NCBI GenBank assembly: GCA_050951325.1
Contig: JBMNIW010000006.1
Coordinates: 1 to 64,000, forward strand
From: Clostridia bacterium
Lineage (GTDB): Bacteria; Bacillota; Clostridia; UBA1212; DUPL01
Reading direction: 5' to 3'
Length of the DNA: 64,000 nt
Below the pieces are notes generated by a model, which saw only the letters and a program-made list of their open reading frames with translations, did not search any database and was not told the DNA's origin. The number at the start of each line of letters is the position of its first letter. The first letter of the stretch is position 1. A program made the translations under genes and the position numbers. Of this stretch, positions 61,197 through 64,000 are shown piece after piece.

Positions 61197-61225
61197 TTGA
61201 AATGCCAAAAAAAAATGTGTATAAT
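61197..61225 (+). promoter_or_regulatory. Sigma-A promoter of argGH
   Basis: TTGAAA-17 bp (contains A9)-TATAAT with extended TG. Confidence 0.6.
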
Positions 61226-61275
61226 GTTCTGAACCAATATTATAAATATTGGCAGAACTGTCAGGAGGAATGCAT

Positions 61276-62490
61276 ATGGCTAAGGAAAAAGTTGTACTAG
61301 CGTATTCAGGTGGACTTGATACATCAATTATCATTCCATGGCTGAAAGAAAACTACGATTATGAAGTAATAGCTGTTGCCGCTGATGTGGGTCAGGGCGA
61401 AGAACTTGAACCACTTAGGGAAAAGGCGATTAGAACAGGGGCTTCAAAAATATATATTGAAGATTTGAAACATGATTTTGTAACCAATTACATCTTCCCT
61501 ACCCTGAAAGCAGGCGCAATCTATGAGGGAGACTATCTCCTTGGTACTTCCTTTGCAAGACCATGTATCGCAAAGAGGCTTGTTGAGATTGCAGAACAGG
61601 AAGGTGCGGTTGCAATTGCCCATGGCTGCACAGGCAAGGGCAATGACCAGGTAAGATTTGAGCTTACCATAAAAGCTCTTGCTCCGCATATGAAAATTAT
61701 AGCGCCATGGCGTATCTGGGACATAAAGTCGAGAGACGAAGAAATTGACTACGCACTGGAAAGAGGAATTGATGTACCTGTTACTAAGGAAAACAACTAT
61801 TCCATGGACAGAAACATATGGCATTTGAGCCATGAAGGCATGGACTTGGAAGATCCATGGAATGAGCCAAAGTACGACAAGATTCTACAACTGATTGTTC
61901 CGCCGGAAAAGGCACCGGACGAGCCATCTTATGTGGAAATTGAGTTTGAAAAAGGAGTTCCGGGAAAGGTTGACGGCAAGACTATGGACCCGGTTGAACT
62001 TCTAACCTATCTCAACAAAGTGGCAGGAGAAAACGGCGTTGGCATAGTGGATATGGTTGAAAACAGACTTGTTGGAATGAAGTCAAGAGGAGTATACGAA
62101 ACTCCTGGAGGAACCCTCCTTTACAAAGCCCACAGGGCCCTTGAACTTTTATGCCTAGATAGGGATACCCTCCACTACAAAGACATTCTGGCGCAAAGAT
62201 ATGCAGAACTCGTATACTACGGCCAGTGGTTCACCCCCCTTAAAGAAGCTTTGGATGCTTTTTTTGATTCAACTCAGAAAACAGTTTCAGGAACTGTCAA
62301 ACTCAAGCTCTACAAAGGCAACTGCATGCTGGCAGGCACAAAATCCCCATACTCACTTTATGACGAGGACATTGCCACCTTTGGAGCAGATGACGTATAC
62401 AACCAAAAAGATTCGGAAGGCTTCATAAATCTCTTTGGTCTTCCTGTGAAAATTAATGCTTTGATGAAGAAAAGGAATGAGTTGAAATGA
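61276..62490 (+). CDS. argG: Argininosuccinate synthase
   Basis: [42 protein letters not shown]. Confidence 0.98.
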   Translation: MAKEKVVLAYSGGLDTSIIIPWLKENYDYEVIAVAADVGQGEELEPLREKAIRTGASKIYIEDLKHDFVTNYIFPTLKAGAIYEGDYLLGTSFARPCIAKRLVEIAEQEGAVAIAHGCTGKGNDQVRFELTIKALAPHMKIIAPWRIWDIKSRDEEIDYALERGIDVPVTKENNYSMDRNIWHLSHEGMDLEDPWNEPKYDKILQLIVPPEKAPDEPSYVEIEFEKGVPGKVDGKTMDPVELLTYLNKVAGENGVGIVDMVENRLVGMKSRGVYETPGGTLLYKAHRALELLCLDRDTLHYKDILAQRYAELVYYGQWFTPLKEALDAFFDSTQKTVSGTVKLKLYKGNCMLAGTKSPYSLYDEDIATFGADDVYNQKDSEGFINLFGLPVKINALMKKRNELK

Positions 62491-63875
62491 AACTGTGGGG
62501 AGGACGCTTTTCTGAAGCAACGGATAAAATAGTTGATGACTTCAACTCATCAATCCGGTTTGATCAAAGGCTCTACTATTACGATATAAAAGGAAGTATT
62601 GCCCATGCAAGAATGCTGGGCAATTGTTCTATTATTCCCGAAGAAGAAGCCGAAATGATTATAACTGAATTGAATGCCATACTGAAGGATATTGAAGAAG
62701 GCAAGATAGAGTTTGAAGTGGATGCAGAAGATATTCATATGAATATTGAGAAAATCCTTATAGACAGAATTGGAGATGTGGGAAAGAAACTACACACTGG
62801 CAGGTCAAGAAACGACCAGGTGGCTCTTGACATACGCATGTTCCTAAAGGAAGAAACCACGGATATTATAAACATGGTGAAGGAGCTTATGACGGTTCTT
62901 GTTAATATAGCTGATAAACAAAAAAGAACCATCATGCCCGGGTATACCCATCTGCAGAGAGCCCAGCCTGTGACTCTTGCCCATCACATGCTCGCCTATT
63001 TCGAGATGTTCAAAAGGGACATCGAAAGACTTAAAGACTGCCATAAAAGAATGGATTCCATGCCATTAGGTTCAGGAGCCCTTGCAGGAACCACATATCC
63101 TATGGACAGAGAAATGGTAAGAAAGGAATTAAATTTCAGCTCACTTACACTAAACAGTCTGGACGGGGTGTCTGACAGAGATTTTGTCATTGAGCTTGCT
63201 TCATGTTTGTCCATACTAATGATGCACCTAAGCAGGTTCTCTGAGGAAATCATTCTTTGGGCAAGTCTTGAATTTGGTTTCATTACTCTTTCAGACAGCT
63301 ATTCCACCGGCTCTTCCATAATGCCGCAGAAGAAAAACCCGGATGTGGCGGAACTTGTTAGAGGCAAAACAGGAAGAGTGTACGGCTCCTTAATGGCTCT
63401 CCTCACGGTCATGAAAGGATTGCCCCTTGCATACAATAAGGATATGCAGGAGGACAAGGAAGCAATATTTGATTGCGTTGATACACTTAAAATGTGTCTG
63501 CCGGTATTCACCAGAATGCTTGAAACCTGTTCCTTTAATACGGATACAATGTATAAGGCGGCACAAAAGGGATTTACAAACGCAACAGATTTTGCCGATT
63601 ACCTTGTAAAGAAAGGTATACCTTTCAGACAGGCACATGAGATTACAGGTAACCTTGTCCGTTACTGTATTGAAAGAAATCTGGCAATAGAAGATGTGCC
63701 TCTTGAAGAACTGAAGGAACTTTCAGGCAGCGCAAAGGATTTGATAGATGAAGATATATACAATGAAATATCACTAGAGAAATGCGTTGAAGGCAGAAAC
63801 CTCACAGGAGGAACTGCCCCGGAAAACTCCGAGAGGCATATTAAACTGGCTCAAGAGTATTTGGACAGTATTTGA
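62487..63875 (+). CDS. argH: Argininosuccinate lyase
   Basis: [39 protein letters not shown]. Confidence 0.98.
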   Translation: MKLWGGRFSEATDKIVDDFNSSIRFDQRLYYYDIKGSIAHARMLGNCSIIPEEEAEMIITELNAILKDIEEGKIEFEVDAEDIHMNIEKILIDRIGDVGKKLHTGRSRNDQVALDIRMFLKEETTDIINMVKELMTVLVNIADKQKRTIMPGYTHLQRAQPVTLAHHMLAYFEMFKRDIERLKDCHKRMDSMPLGSGALAGTTYPMDREMVRKELNFSSLTLNSLDGVSDRDFVIELASCLSILMMHLSRFSEEIILWASLEFGFITLSDSYSTGSSIMPQKKNPDVAELVRGKTGRVYGSLMALLTVMKGLPLAYNKDMQEDKEAIFDCVDTLKMCLPVFTRMLETCSFNTDTMYKAAQKGFTNATDFADYLVKKGIPFRQAHEITGNLVRYCIERNLAIEDVPLEELKELSGSAKDLIDEDIYNEISLEKCVEGRNLTGGTAPENSERHIKLAQEYLDSI

Positions 63876-64000
63876 AGAGGTGCTGATATTCAGCACCTGG
63901 TCCAAATAACCTTTCAGCAAGCTCATCCGGTATTCGAACATGCACGAAATAACCGCCCTGATTCTTTTCTATATACCATCGGCTTTGTCTGTCTTCGCAT

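Noticed and set aside
184-63638. Numerous short antisense or overlapping ORFs in the six-frame track
   Set aside because: Shadows of well-supported genes, without motifs or RBS.
63880-64000. Possible gene end at the right window edge
   Set aside because: Too short to assign frame or product.

Overview
AT-rich (roughly high-30s % GC by eye) chromosomal window from a spore-forming Clostridia-like Firmicute (spoIIE, T-box pheST, cdaA-cdaR, LexA boxes). It is mostly housekeeping and carbohydrate-metabolism DNA: guaA, asnA, tRNA-Arg(CCG), a sugar/sugar-acid locus (surface glycosidase-like proteins, PmoA/DUF6807, mannitol-dehydrogenase family, two Gfo/Idh/MocA, AraC, LarA homolog), spoIIE, rpsO-pnp, LysM/YneA-like-sbcDC, cdaA/cdaR, ftsH, pheST and argGH. 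Accessory content: decayed IS5 and IS256 fragments; an intact IS200/IS605 element (tnpA, a long zinc-finger-less tnpB, omega-RNA) beside a gene whose 5' half is missing; an ABC-ATPase + TOPRIM-like pair with PARIS-like architecture; and several orphan surface proteins. The most notable items are (i) a GMP synthase whose glutaminase nucleophile Cys is replaced by Asn, divergent from a LysR gene, (ii) the ATPase/TOPRIM candidate defence module, and (iii) the IS605/TnpB element, whose ends, TAM and guide can be read from the sequence. Three single-base +1 frameshifts are probably sequencing errors. No CRISPR array, rRNA or prophage was seen. All family assignments come from motif recognition by eye; no database searches were run.
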